Shown here: positions 9,918-19,079 of the stretch, piece by piece
Layout of the letters: every line of letters begins with the position of its first letter
Position numbering within the stretch: the stretch's first letter is position 1
From: Bacteroidales bacterium
Lineage (GTDB): Bacteria > Bacteroidota > Bacteroidia > Bacteroidales > P3
DNA length: 64,000 nucleotides
Direction of reading: 5' to 3'
Assembly: GCA_017522255.1 (NCBI GenBank)
Contig: JAFWZP010000106.1
Span: 1,390-65,389 of the forward strand
Notes under the pieces: model-generated
Database searches by the model: none
The model's input: the letters and a program-made list of their open reading frames with translations, nothing else
Told to the model about the DNA's origin: nothing
Translations under genes and position numbers: made by a program

Positions 9918-11162
9918 ATGAAGTCAATAGAAATAATGTCGCCGGTAGGTTCTTACGAAGCTTTGCAAGCTGCTATGCAAGGTGGAGCCGATTCGGTTTA
10001 TTTTGGCGTTGGAAAATTAAATATGCGTTCCAAATCGGCAAACAATTTCGGTTTGTCGGATCTTGTTAACATTGCAACATTTTGCAACGAACATGGTATA
10101 AAATCATATCTTACAGTAAATACTGTTATCTATAACGATGAAATAGAAGAAATGCACACGTTGGTTAGCACTGCCAAAGAATCCGGAGTATCGGCTGTAA
10201 TTGCTTCGGATATGGCTGTTATCAACTATGCCAATTCCATAGGTATGGAAGTACATATATCCACACAATGCAATATATCTAATTATGAGGCTGTAAAATA
10301 TTATTCACATTTTGCCGATGTAATGGTTACAGCTCGCGAACTGAGCCTTAGGCAAGTGGCCGAAATAACCGATTATATTGCTAAAAACGACATACGTGGT
10401 CCTAAAGGAGAATTAGTGGAAATAGAGGTTTTTGCACATGGTGCGTTATGTATGGCAGTATCTGGCAAATGCTATTTGAGCCTCGACAACTACAACCATT
10501 CTGCCAATCGTGGCGAATGTCTTCAATTATGTCGTCGACAATACAAAGTATCGGACTTGGAGTCGGATATTGAATTGGTAGTAGACAACAAATATATTAT
10601 GTCGCCCAAAGATTTATGCACATTGCCTTTTATCAACAAAGTGCTTAAAGCCGGAGTACGAGTACTTAAAATAGAAGGACGTGGACGTTCGGCCGAATAC
10701 GTAAAAACAGTAACACGCTGCTATAAAGAAGCCGTAAAAGCAGTAGAAGACGGCACTTATTCGCAAGAAAAGATTGCAGGCTGGATAGAAGAACTAAAAA
10801 CAGTATACAATCGTGGTTTTTGGGACGGCTACTATTTGGGACGAACCATGGGTGAATGGACCGAACGCTACGGCTCGCAAGCTACTCAAACCAAAGTGTA
10901 TGTAGGCAAGATAACCAACTATTTTGCCAACATTAATGTAGCTGAAATCAAGATGGAATCGGGCGATATGGCAGTAGGCGATAAAATAATGATAGTAGGT
11001 CCAACCACAGGCGTTTACGAAGCCAATCTATCGGAAATACGTGTCGACCTTATGCCTGTAACTTACACCGAAAAAGGCGATATGTGTTCGATACCTACCA
11101 ACGAACTTGTACGTCGCGGCGACAAAGTATATAAAGTGATAACTATAGTAGATGAATTTTAA
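9918..11162 (+). CDS. U32 family peptidase
   Basis: N-terminal EIMSPVGSYEALQAAMQGGADSVYFG and a central Cys-rich CMAVSGKCYLS..C..LC segment, both typical of U32/PrtC-like proteins. Confidence 0.85.
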   Translation: MKSIEIMSPVGSYEALQAAMQGGADSVYFGVGKLNMRSKSANNFGLSDLVNIATFCNEHGIKSYLTVNTVIYNDEIEEMHTLVSTAKESGVSAVIASDMAVINYANSIGMEVHISTQCNISNYEAVKYYSHFADVMVTARELSLRQVAEITDYIAKNDIRGPKGELVEIEVFAHGALCMAVSGKCYLSLDNYNHSANRGECLQLCRRQYKVSDLESDIELVVDNKYIMSPKDLCTLPFINKVLKAGVRVLKIEGRGRSAEYVKTVTRCYKEAVKAVEDGTYSQEKIAGWIEELKTVYNRGFWDGYYLGRTMGEWTERYGSQATQTKVYVGKITNYFANINVAEIKMESGDMAVGDKIMIVGPTTGVYEANLSEIRVDLMPVTYTEKGDMCSIPTNELVRRGDKVYKVITIVDEF

Positions 11163-11180
11163 TTCTAAACAACTTATACC

Positions 11181-12479
11181 ATGAATAATAAACCTCAAAA
11201 ACAACGCAACCCTATAACTTGGATACCATCAGTCTACTTTGCCATGGGTATTCCTTTTGTAGCCCTCTCGTTGGTATCGGTCATTATGTTGTCCGACTTG
11301 GGTGTCGATGAAGCAAAAATCACTTTTTGGACATCACTGCTTATCCTCCCCTACACACTTAAACCAATATGGAGTCCTATTTTGGAACTATATCGTACAA
11401 AAAAAGAATTTGTGGTTATTACCCAATTACTATCCGGTATATGTTTCACACTCATAGCTTTCTGTTTACCCCTACCCTATTACTTTTCATTCACACTTGC
11501 CCTCATGGCTATAATAGGATTTAGCGGTGCCACTCACGATATAGCCACCGATGGCATATATCTAACATCGTTAACACCGAAAATACAAGCCAAATACATA
11601 GGTTGGCAAGGTGCTTTCTTTAACTTAGCCAAAGTATTGGCAAATGGTGGATTGGTATGGCTTGCCGGCAAACTGATAAGATATTTTCAATCCTCAAATC
11701 CCGAAAAAGCAACCATTTATGCTTGGATGATTATAATGGCTATATTGGGAGGTATGCTTATCTTTCTTTCGATATATCACTTTTTTGTATTGCCCAAAGG
11801 CAAAAATTCGTCCGAAACGCCACAGTCGTTAAAACAAAGCATGGCATCGTTTGTCGAAGTATTTAAAGAATTCTTTACAAAGAAACATATAGCTATCTAT
11901 ATCCTTTTCATTGTGTGCTATCGACTTACAGAAGGTTTTGCACTCAAAATGGTTCCACTGTTTCTCAAAGCCCCGTGCAATATCGGAGGACTAGGACTTA
12001 GCAACGAATATATAGGTCTTGTATATGGCACCATGGGTACTCTAGCCTTTATAGTAGGCTCTATATTAGGAGGATATTACATAGCCCATTTCGGACTCAA
12101 AAAAGTATTATTCTCACTAGTATGCATCTTCAACATTCCTTTTGTGGTTTACTTATTGTTTGCATATTTTCAACCCGAAAATCTCACACTAATAGCCTCC
12201 GGGTTAATAGCTGAATATTTTTGCTATGGATTTGGTTTTGTAGGTCTTACCCTATTTATGATGCAACAAGTGGCAACCGGTAAACACGCCATGGCTCATT
12301 ATGCCTTTGCCTCGGGAATAATGAATTTGGGATTCATGATACCCGGAATGATAAGCGGTTGGATATATAAAGCGGTTGGATATCAAACATTTTTTATAAT
12401 AGCCCTGATATTGGCAATACCGGTGTTCATACTGTCAAGAAAAATCCCTTTTATAAACAACGACAAACCAAGCAACTAA
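11181..12479 (+). CDS. MFS transporter, AmpG-like
   Basis: 432 aa with about 12 TM segments. The N-terminal WIPSVYFAMGIPF..LKPIWSPILE pattern is typical of AmpG-family permeases. Confidence 0.75.
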   Translation: MNNKPQKQRNPITWIPSVYFAMGIPFVALSLVSVIMLSDLGVDEAKITFWTSLLILPYTLKPIWSPILELYRTKKEFVVITQLLSGICFTLIAFCLPLPYYFSFTLALMAIIGFSGATHDIATDGIYLTSLTPKIQAKYIGWQGAFFNLAKVLANGGLVWLAGKLIRYFQSSNPEKATIYAWMIIMAILGGMLIFLSIYHFFVLPKGKNSSETPQSLKQSMASFVEVFKEFFTKKHIAIYILFIVCYRLTEGFALKMVPLFLKAPCNIGGLGLSNEYIGLVYGTMGTLAFIVGSILGGYYIAHFGLKKVLFSLVCIFNIPFVVYLLFAYFQPENLTLIASGLIAEYFCYGFGFVGLTLFMMQQVATGKHAMAHYAFASGIMNLGFMIPGMISGWIYKAVGYQTFFIIALILAIPVFILSRKIPFINNDKPSN

Positions 12480-12490
12480 CATACATCAAA

Positions 12491-12552
12491 TTGATGATAG
12501 GGTATAAAATGCATCACACCCGGGTTTCAAACGATTTATACCCTATCATCAA
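12491..12552. repeat. 18-bp perfect inverted repeat (ttgatgatagggtataaa / tttataccctatcatcaa) with a 26-nt loop
   Basis: Read directly, immediately downstream of the transporter stop. No T-run follows it. Confidence 0.8.
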
Positions 12553-12571
12553 TTACATCATGGTATGGAAG

Positions 12572-12660
12572 AAAAAATCCTCGTGATGCAGCAATCAAAA
12601 CGTCGTGATGCAGCAACAAAAACATCACGACGTTTTTTTACTTTCCTCGTGAGGAAAAAT
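12572..12660. repeat. dispersed cctcgtgatg-word repeat, copy A
   Basis: aaaaatcctcgtgatgcagc..cgtcgtgatgcagc..catcacgacg..tttcctcgtgagg. Aligns with the reverse complement of 24003-24085 and with 3352-3438. Confidence 0.7.
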
Positions 12661-12712
12661 TAAGATGCAAATCTTTTTGGTGTTTCAGTCTCTAAAGTCT
12701 CAATAAATTTTG

Positions 12713-12720
12713 TATCTTTG
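12713..12720 (+). promoter_or_regulatory. -7 box TATCTTTG
   Basis: About 120 nt upstream of the ATG at 12840. Confidence 0.45.
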
Positions 12721-12839
12721 CAGAAAGTTTTGTAGTATAAAAACACACCATTATTAATAGGTTAACAACTAATAATGTACGTTTTAGACGAATAATTACA
12801 TATTATGGTAAATAGTAATAAATAAAAATAATTAAAGTA

Positions 12840-13664
12840 ATGGATAAATTGATTATCACCGCAGCAATATGCGGAGCAGAAGTTACCAAGGAACAAAATC
12901 CTGCCGTTCCTTACACAGTAGAAGAAATAGTAAGAGAAGCTAAATCGGCCGTTGATGCCGGTGCTGCCATTGTACACTTGCACGTTCGCGAAGACGATGG
13001 CACGCCCACACAAAGCAAAGAACGTTTCAAACAATGTATTGACGCCATCTACGAAGTGTGCCCCGATGTTATTCTAATTCCCTCTACCGGAGGTGCAGTA
13101 GGCATGACAGCCGAAGAACGTTTGCAACCAACCGAATTATTCCCCGAAATGGCCACTTTGGACTGTGGCACTTGCAACTTTGGCGACGATGTGTTTGAAA
13201 ACACTATGCCTATGATGCGTGCTTTTGGCAAACGCATGTTGGAAAACAACATCAAACCCGAATACGAATGCTTCGAAATGGGACACTTAGACACTATACT
13301 TACAATGGCAAGAAAAGGTTTAGTGCCGGCTGACCCAATGCAATTCAACTTCGTATTAGGCGTAGCCGGTTGTACTCCTGCCACTGTCGATAATCTTTGC
13401 TGGATGGTAAAATCAATACCTGCCGGTTCTACTTGGACAGCTACAGGTATTGGTCGTCATGCCTTCACATTGGCTGCACCTACTATAGTTATGGGTGGCA
13501 ACGTTCGCGTTGGTTTCGAAGATAATCTATACATATCGAGAGGTGTATTGGCACGCTCTAACGGCGAATTAGTAGAAAAGGTAGTACGTTTATCTCGCGA
13601 ACTAGGCCGCGACATAGCCAGCTCAGCCGAAGCTCGTCAAATATTAGGTTTAAAAGCAAGATAG
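12840..13664 (+). CDS. 3-keto-5-aminohexanoate cleavage enzyme family (BKACE/DUF849) protein
   Basis: 274 aa. The N-terminal IITAAICGAEVTKEQNPAVPYT..IVHLHVRED pattern is typical of BKACE TIM-barrel enzymes. Confidence 0.8.
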   Translation: MDKLIITAAICGAEVTKEQNPAVPYTVEEIVREAKSAVDAGAAIVHLHVREDDGTPTQSKERFKQCIDAIYEVCPDVILIPSTGGAVGMTAEERLQPTELFPEMATLDCGTCNFGDDVFENTMPMMRAFGKRMLENNIKPEYECFEMGHLDTILTMARKGLVPADPMQFNFVLGVAGCTPATVDNLCWMVKSIPAGSTWTATGIGRHAFTLAAPTIVMGGNVRVGFEDNLYISRGVLARSNGELVEKVVRLSRELGRDIASSAEARQILGLKAR

Positions 13665-13688
13665 TAACTAACATATCAACAAACAGAA

Positions 13689-15740
13689 ATGAAAAAAACA
13701 TTTATCTTAGTTGCTTTATGCCTATGTATTATAGGAAGTATAAATGCACAAAACTCGTTTCAAGACGCTCGCACCAAAGCAGCTCAACGAGCCAAAACCA
13801 TGACCAAGGAAGAGCACGATGCTTACAATAAGCACTTCAACGCTCGTCAGGTAAACATCAATCCCAATATTCCGATAGGAGGCAATACTAAATCAGATGT
13901 TGCCACCAAGGGCGTTACCTTGCCCGACAATGTGTGGTATCCGGGCGAATGGGAAGAAGTAGAAGCCATAGTAGTAACATGGCCTTACGAATGTTTTGCC
14001 GCCGAAAACCCCAATTGGTATGCTTCGCCATTGGTTGAAGGCATAGCCGAATTATACTCCTATGGTGCCCAAGGTTGGGTTACACAAGGTTATGGTCCAT
14101 ACGTAGGTGTTCTCGACACTGTGTCGGACATGTATCCTGTGTTTATGAACCTTATCGACGCTATACAAGAAGGTTCTCAAGTATGGATAAACCTATGGTA
14201 TGCCGAAGACACCGTTACAATAAAGAATTTTATGGCACGCAAAGGCAAACCTCTTACCAACTATCGCTTCATCATCTCGTCGGGTAATGCATTCTGGTAT
14301 CGCGACTGCGGTCCTATATGCTTCTACTACGGAGACCAAGACAGTGTGGCAATGTTGGATATAGAATACTATCCGGGACGTGCTTTGGACGACTATCTTC
14401 CAATACATATATCCGAACAAATGGGTATTCCAAACTACATCACCACTGTGGAATGGGAAGGTGGCAACTGCTTACTCGACGGCGCAGGATTTTTGGCAAC
14501 ATCAGATGCAATATACGCAGCCAATGCCGACAGATATGGCCAAATAACCTGGGACGGACAAGACATAAACACATTAAACTACACCAACAAAACACCCCTT
14601 TCGAAACAAGCACTACGCGACTCATTGTCGTACCTGTTGAACCTTAGAAAAATTTCGGTGTTGCCCGCTTTAAAATACGATGGTGGCACAGGACACATCG
14701 ACCTTTATGCCGATATGTGGGACGAAAATAGTTTTGTATTCTCGGCATTCCCCGAAGCATGCAGCAATTGGGCTGACTACAAAACTACCGCTAAAAACAT
14801 CGACAGCCTATGCTCGTATGTAAGCATACACAACGACAACTACAAGAAACAGTATATCCCTTTCCCAAAAATGGACAATGGTAACGACTTTACAAGCCAA
14901 GTTACTTACAACTCAAGATACACTCGTACGTACTCAAATCACACTTTTGTAAACGACATAATAGTACAACCTGTGTTTTCGAATGTAGTCAACAATGAAC
15001 CTACAGCCGAATGGGACAAAGCAGCCATGGACGTGCTTCGCAAAGCATATCCGGGCTACCGCATCTTCCCTATCGACGTACGCTCGTTTGACGGATTGGG
15101 TGGAGCTATACATTGTATAACAAAACAAATACCGGCACAAAACCCAATACGCATACTACACCATGCAATCACAGGCGATGCCAATAAATATAACAAACAA
15201 ATACCCATAACTGCCACTATTACCAATCGCAGTGGCATAGCTTCGGCTACTTGCTATTGGAGATTGGAAGGCGAAGAAAATTGGCAATCGGTGGCACTTA
15301 CTGCCAATGGAAACGACTTTTCGGGAACAATAGATTTGAGCGAAGTAAGTTACTATGATGGCGTGCGTATACAATACTACGTTTCAGCAACTTCGAACAA
15401 CGGCAAAACTATCACAAAACCAATGACAGCTCCCGAAGGATACTATAATTTCTACATCGGAATAGTGGGCATAAATGATGCCGAAAACAACCAAGATTTT
15501 GGCAACTTCTTCCCTAATCCTACAAATAGTATTGCCAATATAGAAATAAACACCAACGAACCTGCTCTATACAACGTTTCTATAATCAACACTATGGGGC
15601 AAATTGTTCACTCATCTTCAGTAAATATAGAAGGCAGCATATTGTATCAAATAGACACTCAAAAACTAAATAGTGGAATATACACTGTTGTGTTTGCGAG
15701 CGAAGGCAAACAAATTTCTCGCCGATTGATAGTTTACTAA
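13689..15740 (+). CDS. secreted agmatine deiminase / Porphyromonas-type peptidylarginine deiminase family protein with T9SS C-terminal domain
   Basis: Signal peptide present. Catalytic-Cys motif GGAIHCITKQ. The last ~80 aa (FPNPTN..GIYTVVF..RLIVY) look like a T9SS sorting domain. Confidence 0.75.
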   Translation: MKKTFILVALCLCIIGSINAQNSFQDARTKAAQRAKTMTKEEHDAYNKHFNARQVNINPNIPIGGNTKSDVATKGVTLPDNVWYPGEWEEVEAIVVTWPYECFAAENPNWYASPLVEGIAELYSYGAQGWVTQGYGPYVGVLDTVSDMYPVFMNLIDAIQEGSQVWINLWYAEDTVTIKNFMARKGKPLTNYRFIISSGNAFWYRDCGPICFYYGDQDSVAMLDIEYYPGRALDDYLPIHISEQMGIPNYITTVEWEGGNCLLDGAGFLATSDAIYAANADRYGQITWDGQDINTLNYTNKTPLSKQALRDSLSYLLNLRKISVLPALKYDGGTGHIDLYADMWDENSFVFSAFPEACSNWADYKTTAKNIDSLCSYVSIHNDNYKKQYIPFPKMDNGNDFTSQVTYNSRYTRTYSNHTFVNDIIVQPVFSNVVNNEPTAEWDKAAMDVLRKAYPGYRIFPIDVRSFDGLGGAIHCITKQIPAQNPIRILHHAITGDANKYNKQIPITATITNRSGIASATCYWRLEGEENWQSVALTANGNDFSGTIDLSEVSYYDGVRIQYYVSATSNNGKTITKPMTAPEGYYNFYIGIVGINDAENNQDFGNFFPNPTNSIANIEINTNEPALYNVSIINTMGQIVHSSSVNIEGSILYQIDTQKLNSGIYTVVFASEGKQISRRLIVY

Positions 15741-15774
15741 CAGCCTTACTTATAGCAAGAAAACCAAGTCAAAA

Positions 15775-15810
15775 AGAGGACTCCCTTAAATGGTGAGTTC
15801 TCTTTTTTTT
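15775..15810 (+). terminator. rho-independent terminator
   Basis: 9-bp stem agaggactc/gagttctct (one G-U pair) followed by T8. Confidence 0.65.
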
Positions 15811-15828
15811 AAGGGAATATTTGATAAT

Positions 15829-15884
15829 ATCAGTGTCCGATAAACAAGCTTAAATCTTGTTCATCGGACACTGATAGTTTTTTA
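15829..15884 (+). terminator. second hairpin terminator (20-bp stem, one mismatch)
   Basis: atcagtgtccgataaacaag / cttgttcatcggacactgat with a 7-nt loop, followed by agttttttatt. Confidence 0.6.
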
Positions 15885-16054
15885 TTGGGCAACTTCACAA
15901 AAATACATTGCAGACTATTGGTGAAACAACACTACTTTTCAAGAAAAAAAGAACGCAAATCAAAGCGAAATTCATAAAGAGTTTAAATGTTAAAATACCA
16001 TTAAAAGTTTTCGGATCATGCACTGTCAAAAAAAGACCTTTGGAAAGTCATTTT

Positions 16055-16190
16055 GCTGACATTCGAATGTCAGCGTCTTGACATTCGAATGTCAAGCTCT
16101 TGACACTCGAATGTCAGCAGCTTGACATTAGAGTCTCAAGACGCTGACATTTGAGTCTCAAGAAACTGAGATTGGGTCTCAAGAAACGAA
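16055..16190. repeat. tandem array of ~22-bp units, most internally palindromic
   Basis: gctgacattcgaatgtcagc and cttgacattcgaatgtcaag are perfect 20-bp palindromes. They are followed by degenerating units containing tgacat..gagtctcaag. Confidence 0.8.
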
Positions 16191-16502
16191 GAATAGAATG
16201 TTTGAAAATCAATCATTTACAATTACAGAAAAATAACTTCGAAATATCGCCCTTAAAATCGGGCATATTTATTTTTTTCGCTCCATAATCACCTTCTTAC
16301 AACAATATTCCATGTCGAAAAAAGTGTTAATATCGCAAGAGAATTCATACCAATATTCAACCCCATCGACAAGGCAAACAAGGGCTGCGAAGCACACGAT
16401 GCGAATAAGAAAATTTCAAGAAAAAAACACTGACGAAGTTGACAACGCAAAAGTTTAAGGAAGAGTTGTTCGATTTCGGACAGAAGGTGGATTTTTTAGA
16501 AG

Positions 16503-16549
16503 TTGATTTTTTAGCGGACATCAATAATTTTATTTGGACTTTTGCCTAT
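16503..16549. repeat. short dispersed repeat, copy 1 (ttgattttttagcggacatcaataat..tttgcctat)
   Basis: Matches the reverse complement of 26300-26357. The core matches at 24 of 26 positions, the 9-mer is identical, and the spacer length differs. Confidence 0.65.
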
Positions 16550-16669
16550 GATTAATGAATTTAGGCTATCAGTTTTTCGAAATAAAACAGACTGCGAAAA
16601 GCTTTGCATTGCCGGTTGGCTTATAATCCGACATTTTATGTTGTTTGCCATCCGGTTCCGATAAAACAA

Positions 16670-18196
16670 CTACTTATGTTGTGCAATATCTTTCATCACC
16701 TGGCGTATAGCAAGACATATATCCGAGGCTGTCATTGATATTTGTCCTATGGTTCCGGCTGCTTTGTCGCCGGCAAGACCATGAAGATACACACCCGATA
16801 CTGCTGCATCTTTAGCTGCAAAGCCTTGTGCCAACAGCGATGTTATAACACCGGTAAGCACATCGCCACTGCCACCGGTAGCCATTCCGGGATTGCCGGT
16901 AGAATTAAAATACACTTTGCCATCGGGGCAACAAACCGACGTATTGGCACCTTTAAGCACCACCACTATGCCATAGTGCATTGCCAGCTGTAGCTGTTTC
17001 TCCAATCGGTCGAAATCGTCAGCCCAATCGCCTACCCAACGGCGGAACTCTTTTACATGAGGAGTGATAATGGTATTGGGTTTCAGCATCGGCAACATTT
17101 CCTCTTTATTCATTGCTATCATATTCAAAGCATCGGCATCAAGCACCAACGGTTTGTTCCAAAGAGAAAGAAAATCCTTTAAAGCGGCAACAGATTTCTC
17201 GTCGGTTCCCAATCCCGGACCTACACCGGCTGCAGTGTATTTATCCATATCGTCAGGAAGAGAAGTGAATATATTATCGTCTCTGTCTATCGACACCATA
17301 GCCTCAGGAAAAGCCACCTGCATACAAGCCACCGCATTAGCGGGAAGATGTATCGTTGTCAACCCACAGCCCATATACATACATGCCTTTGCAGCAAAAA
17401 TGGCAGCACCCACTTTGCCCACACCTCCTGCCACAAGCAAGGCATGACCAAAGGTTCCTTTGTGCGAAAACTTAGGCCTACGTATCATTGTAGAAGGCAT
17501 TTCAACATCTGCAACATAATACATCGACGTAGGAGTTTCGGCTATATATCGGCTATGCAGACCTATATCCAACACATGAAATTCTCCCACAAACCGTTCG
17601 TTTTCGGGGAAAAAGAATGGCAACTTCGGACACTGAAACGTAAGAGTATGATTAGCCTCAAACACAGTATTGCCCACCGACGACCTATCGGCGAACAAAC
17701 CCGACGGCATATCTATAGCAATCTTATAAGCATTGAAAACATTTATCTTTTTGATTATCGATTCAAGCAAACCTTCCGTCGGTCGGCTAAGACCACTTCC
17801 CAAAAGAGCATCTACCACAATAGTCGTTGTAGATGGCAACTCAAAGTCCGAACCCGAAGAAATATATCTCAAATCTATACAATCGAGTTGCGAAAGCCTT
17901 TGCCTATTAATTTCGAAATCAGGTGTGCCTTTATCCGAAAGAACAATAATATAAACCTTCACCTCTATACCGGAGATAGCCAACATACGAGCCAATGCCA
18001 ATCCATCGCCACCGTTGTTGCCCATTCCACATACAACCGCCACAGTGGCTGCCTCTATCTTATCCACATTAGACATCATCCATGTGTAGCACGCCCTTGC
18101 AGCACGCTCCATCAGATTGACAGAAGTTATAGGTTCATTGTCTATAGTATATTTATCTGCCTCACGAATTTGGGCTATCGAAAAAACTTTTTGCAT
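16670..18196 (-). CDS. nnr: bifunctional NAD(P)H-hydrate epimerase / ADP-dependent dehydratase
   Basis: The N-terminal YjeF_N domain carries GMGNNGGDG. The C-terminal carbohydrate-kinase-like domain carries GGSGDVLTG. Confidence 0.9.
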   Translation of the reverse strand: MQKVFSIAQIREADKYTIDNEPITSVNLMERAARACYTWMMSNVDKIEAATVAVVCGMGNNGGDGLALARMLAISGIEVKVYIIVLSDKGTPDFEINRQRLSQLDCIDLRYISSGSDFELPSTTTIVVDALLGSGLSRPTEGLLESIIKKINVFNAYKIAIDMPSGLFADRSSVGNTVFEANHTLTFQCPKLPFFFPENERFVGEFHVLDIGLHSRYIAETPTSMYYVADVEMPSTMIRRPKFSHKGTFGHALLVAGGVGKVGAAIFAAKACMYMGCGLTTIHLPANAVACMQVAFPEAMVSIDRDDNIFTSLPDDMDKYTAAGVGPGLGTDEKSVAALKDFLSLWNKPLVLDADALNMIAMNKEEMLPMLKPNTIITPHVKEFRRWVGDWADDFDRLEKQLQLAMHYGIVVVLKGANTSVCCPDGKVYFNSTGNPGMATGGSGDVLTGVITSLLAQGFAAKDAAVSGVYLHGLAGDKAAGTIGQISMTASDICLAIRQVMKDIAQHK

Positions 18197-18237
18197 AACA
18201 CCTGAATGTTAGAAAAACTCCTAAAAACTATCCATAC

Positions 18238-18268
18238 AGAAAAAGGTTGCCCTTAAACAAAAGCAACC
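18238..18268 (-). terminator. probable terminator after rpmA
   Basis: 7-bp stem aggttgc/gcaacct, then a short T-run on the minus strand. Confidence 0.45.
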
Positions 18269-18319
18269 TCTATTAATAAATGAGAAAGGAGATTTCTCAA
18301 TGAAACGACTTCGTTATAA

Positions 18320-18577
18320 TTATTCTGCCGGAACTACAGATACAAAAGATCTGTCTTGACGTCCTTTTCTGAATTCTACTGTGCCATCAACAAGAGCATA
18401 CAATGTATGATCCTTACCCATACCTACGTTTTTACCCGGGTTATGCACAGTACCACGTTGACGAACGATGATATTACCGGCTATACAACTTTGACCGCCA
18501 TATATCTTAACGCCCAAACGTTTGCTTTCTGATTCACGACCGTTACTCGAACTTCCGACACCTTTCTTATGAGCCAT
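18320..18577 (-). CDS. rpmA: 50S ribosomal protein L27
   Basis: [24 protein letters not shown].. is a canonical L27 N-terminus. Confidence 0.95.
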   Translation of the reverse strand: MAHKKGVGSSSNGRESESKRLGVKIYGGQSCIAGNIIVRQRGTVHNPGKNVGMGKDHTLYALVDGTVEFRKGRQDRSFVSVVPAE

Positions 18578-18626
18578 ACTATATTTTTTTTAAAAGGTTA
18601 TTACTAATTTATTTTCTTTTTAAAAA

Positions 18627-18935
18627 CTACTGAATGCTATCAATTTTTATTTGAGTTAAATAGTCGCGATGACCATTCATCTTTTGATAACCTTTTCTAC
18701 GTTTTTTATGGAAAACCAATACTTTGTCTCCCTTTAGGTGTTTCAAAACAGTTACTGTTACTTTCGATCCTGCTATGTAAGGTTGACCGATTTCTACAGC
18801 ACCTTCATTGTCTTTCAGCATCACGGTGTCAAAAGATACTTGGCTGCCTTCTTCGTTTTGAAGACGATTCACAAAGATCTTTTGATCTTGTACTACCTTG
18901 AATTGCTTTCCTGCTATTTCTACTATTGCGTACAT
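18627..18935 (-). CDS. rplU: 50S ribosomal protein L21
   Basis: MYAIVEIAGKQFKV.. is a canonical L21 start, and the rplU-rpmA gene order is conserved. Confidence 0.95.
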   Translation of the reverse strand: MYAIVEIAGKQFKVVQDQKIFVNRLQNEEGSQVSFDTVMLKDNEGAVEIGQPYIAGSKVTVTVLKHLKGDKVLVFHKKRRKGYQKMNGHRDYLTQIKIDSIQ

Positions 18936-18981
18936 TTTTATAATTGAATTATTAACTATTTTCTATCTCTTAAACGAGTTG

Positions 18982-18989
18982 CAAAGGTA
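18982..18989 (-). promoter_or_regulatory. -7 box (TACCTTTG on minus strand)
   Basis: caaaggta on the plus strand, upstream of rplU. Confidence 0.55.
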
Positions 18990-19079
18990 CAACTTTTTTC
19001 TCATATAGCAAAACTTTTATCAAATATTATTTTATCAACATTATATATCAAGTAATTACATTTTAATTTTCTTATAAAA

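Noticed and set aside
16055-16190. Possible CRISPR array, because of the regularly spaced repeats.
   Set aside because: The units abut one another without unique spacers and degrade progressively. No cas genes are nearby.
16312-16461. A 49-codon basic ORF (MSKKVLISQENSYQYS..) in the 930-bp spacer.
   Set aside because: It is below the size at which I can judge coding potential by eye. It has no clear promoter box or RBS, and no recognisable family.
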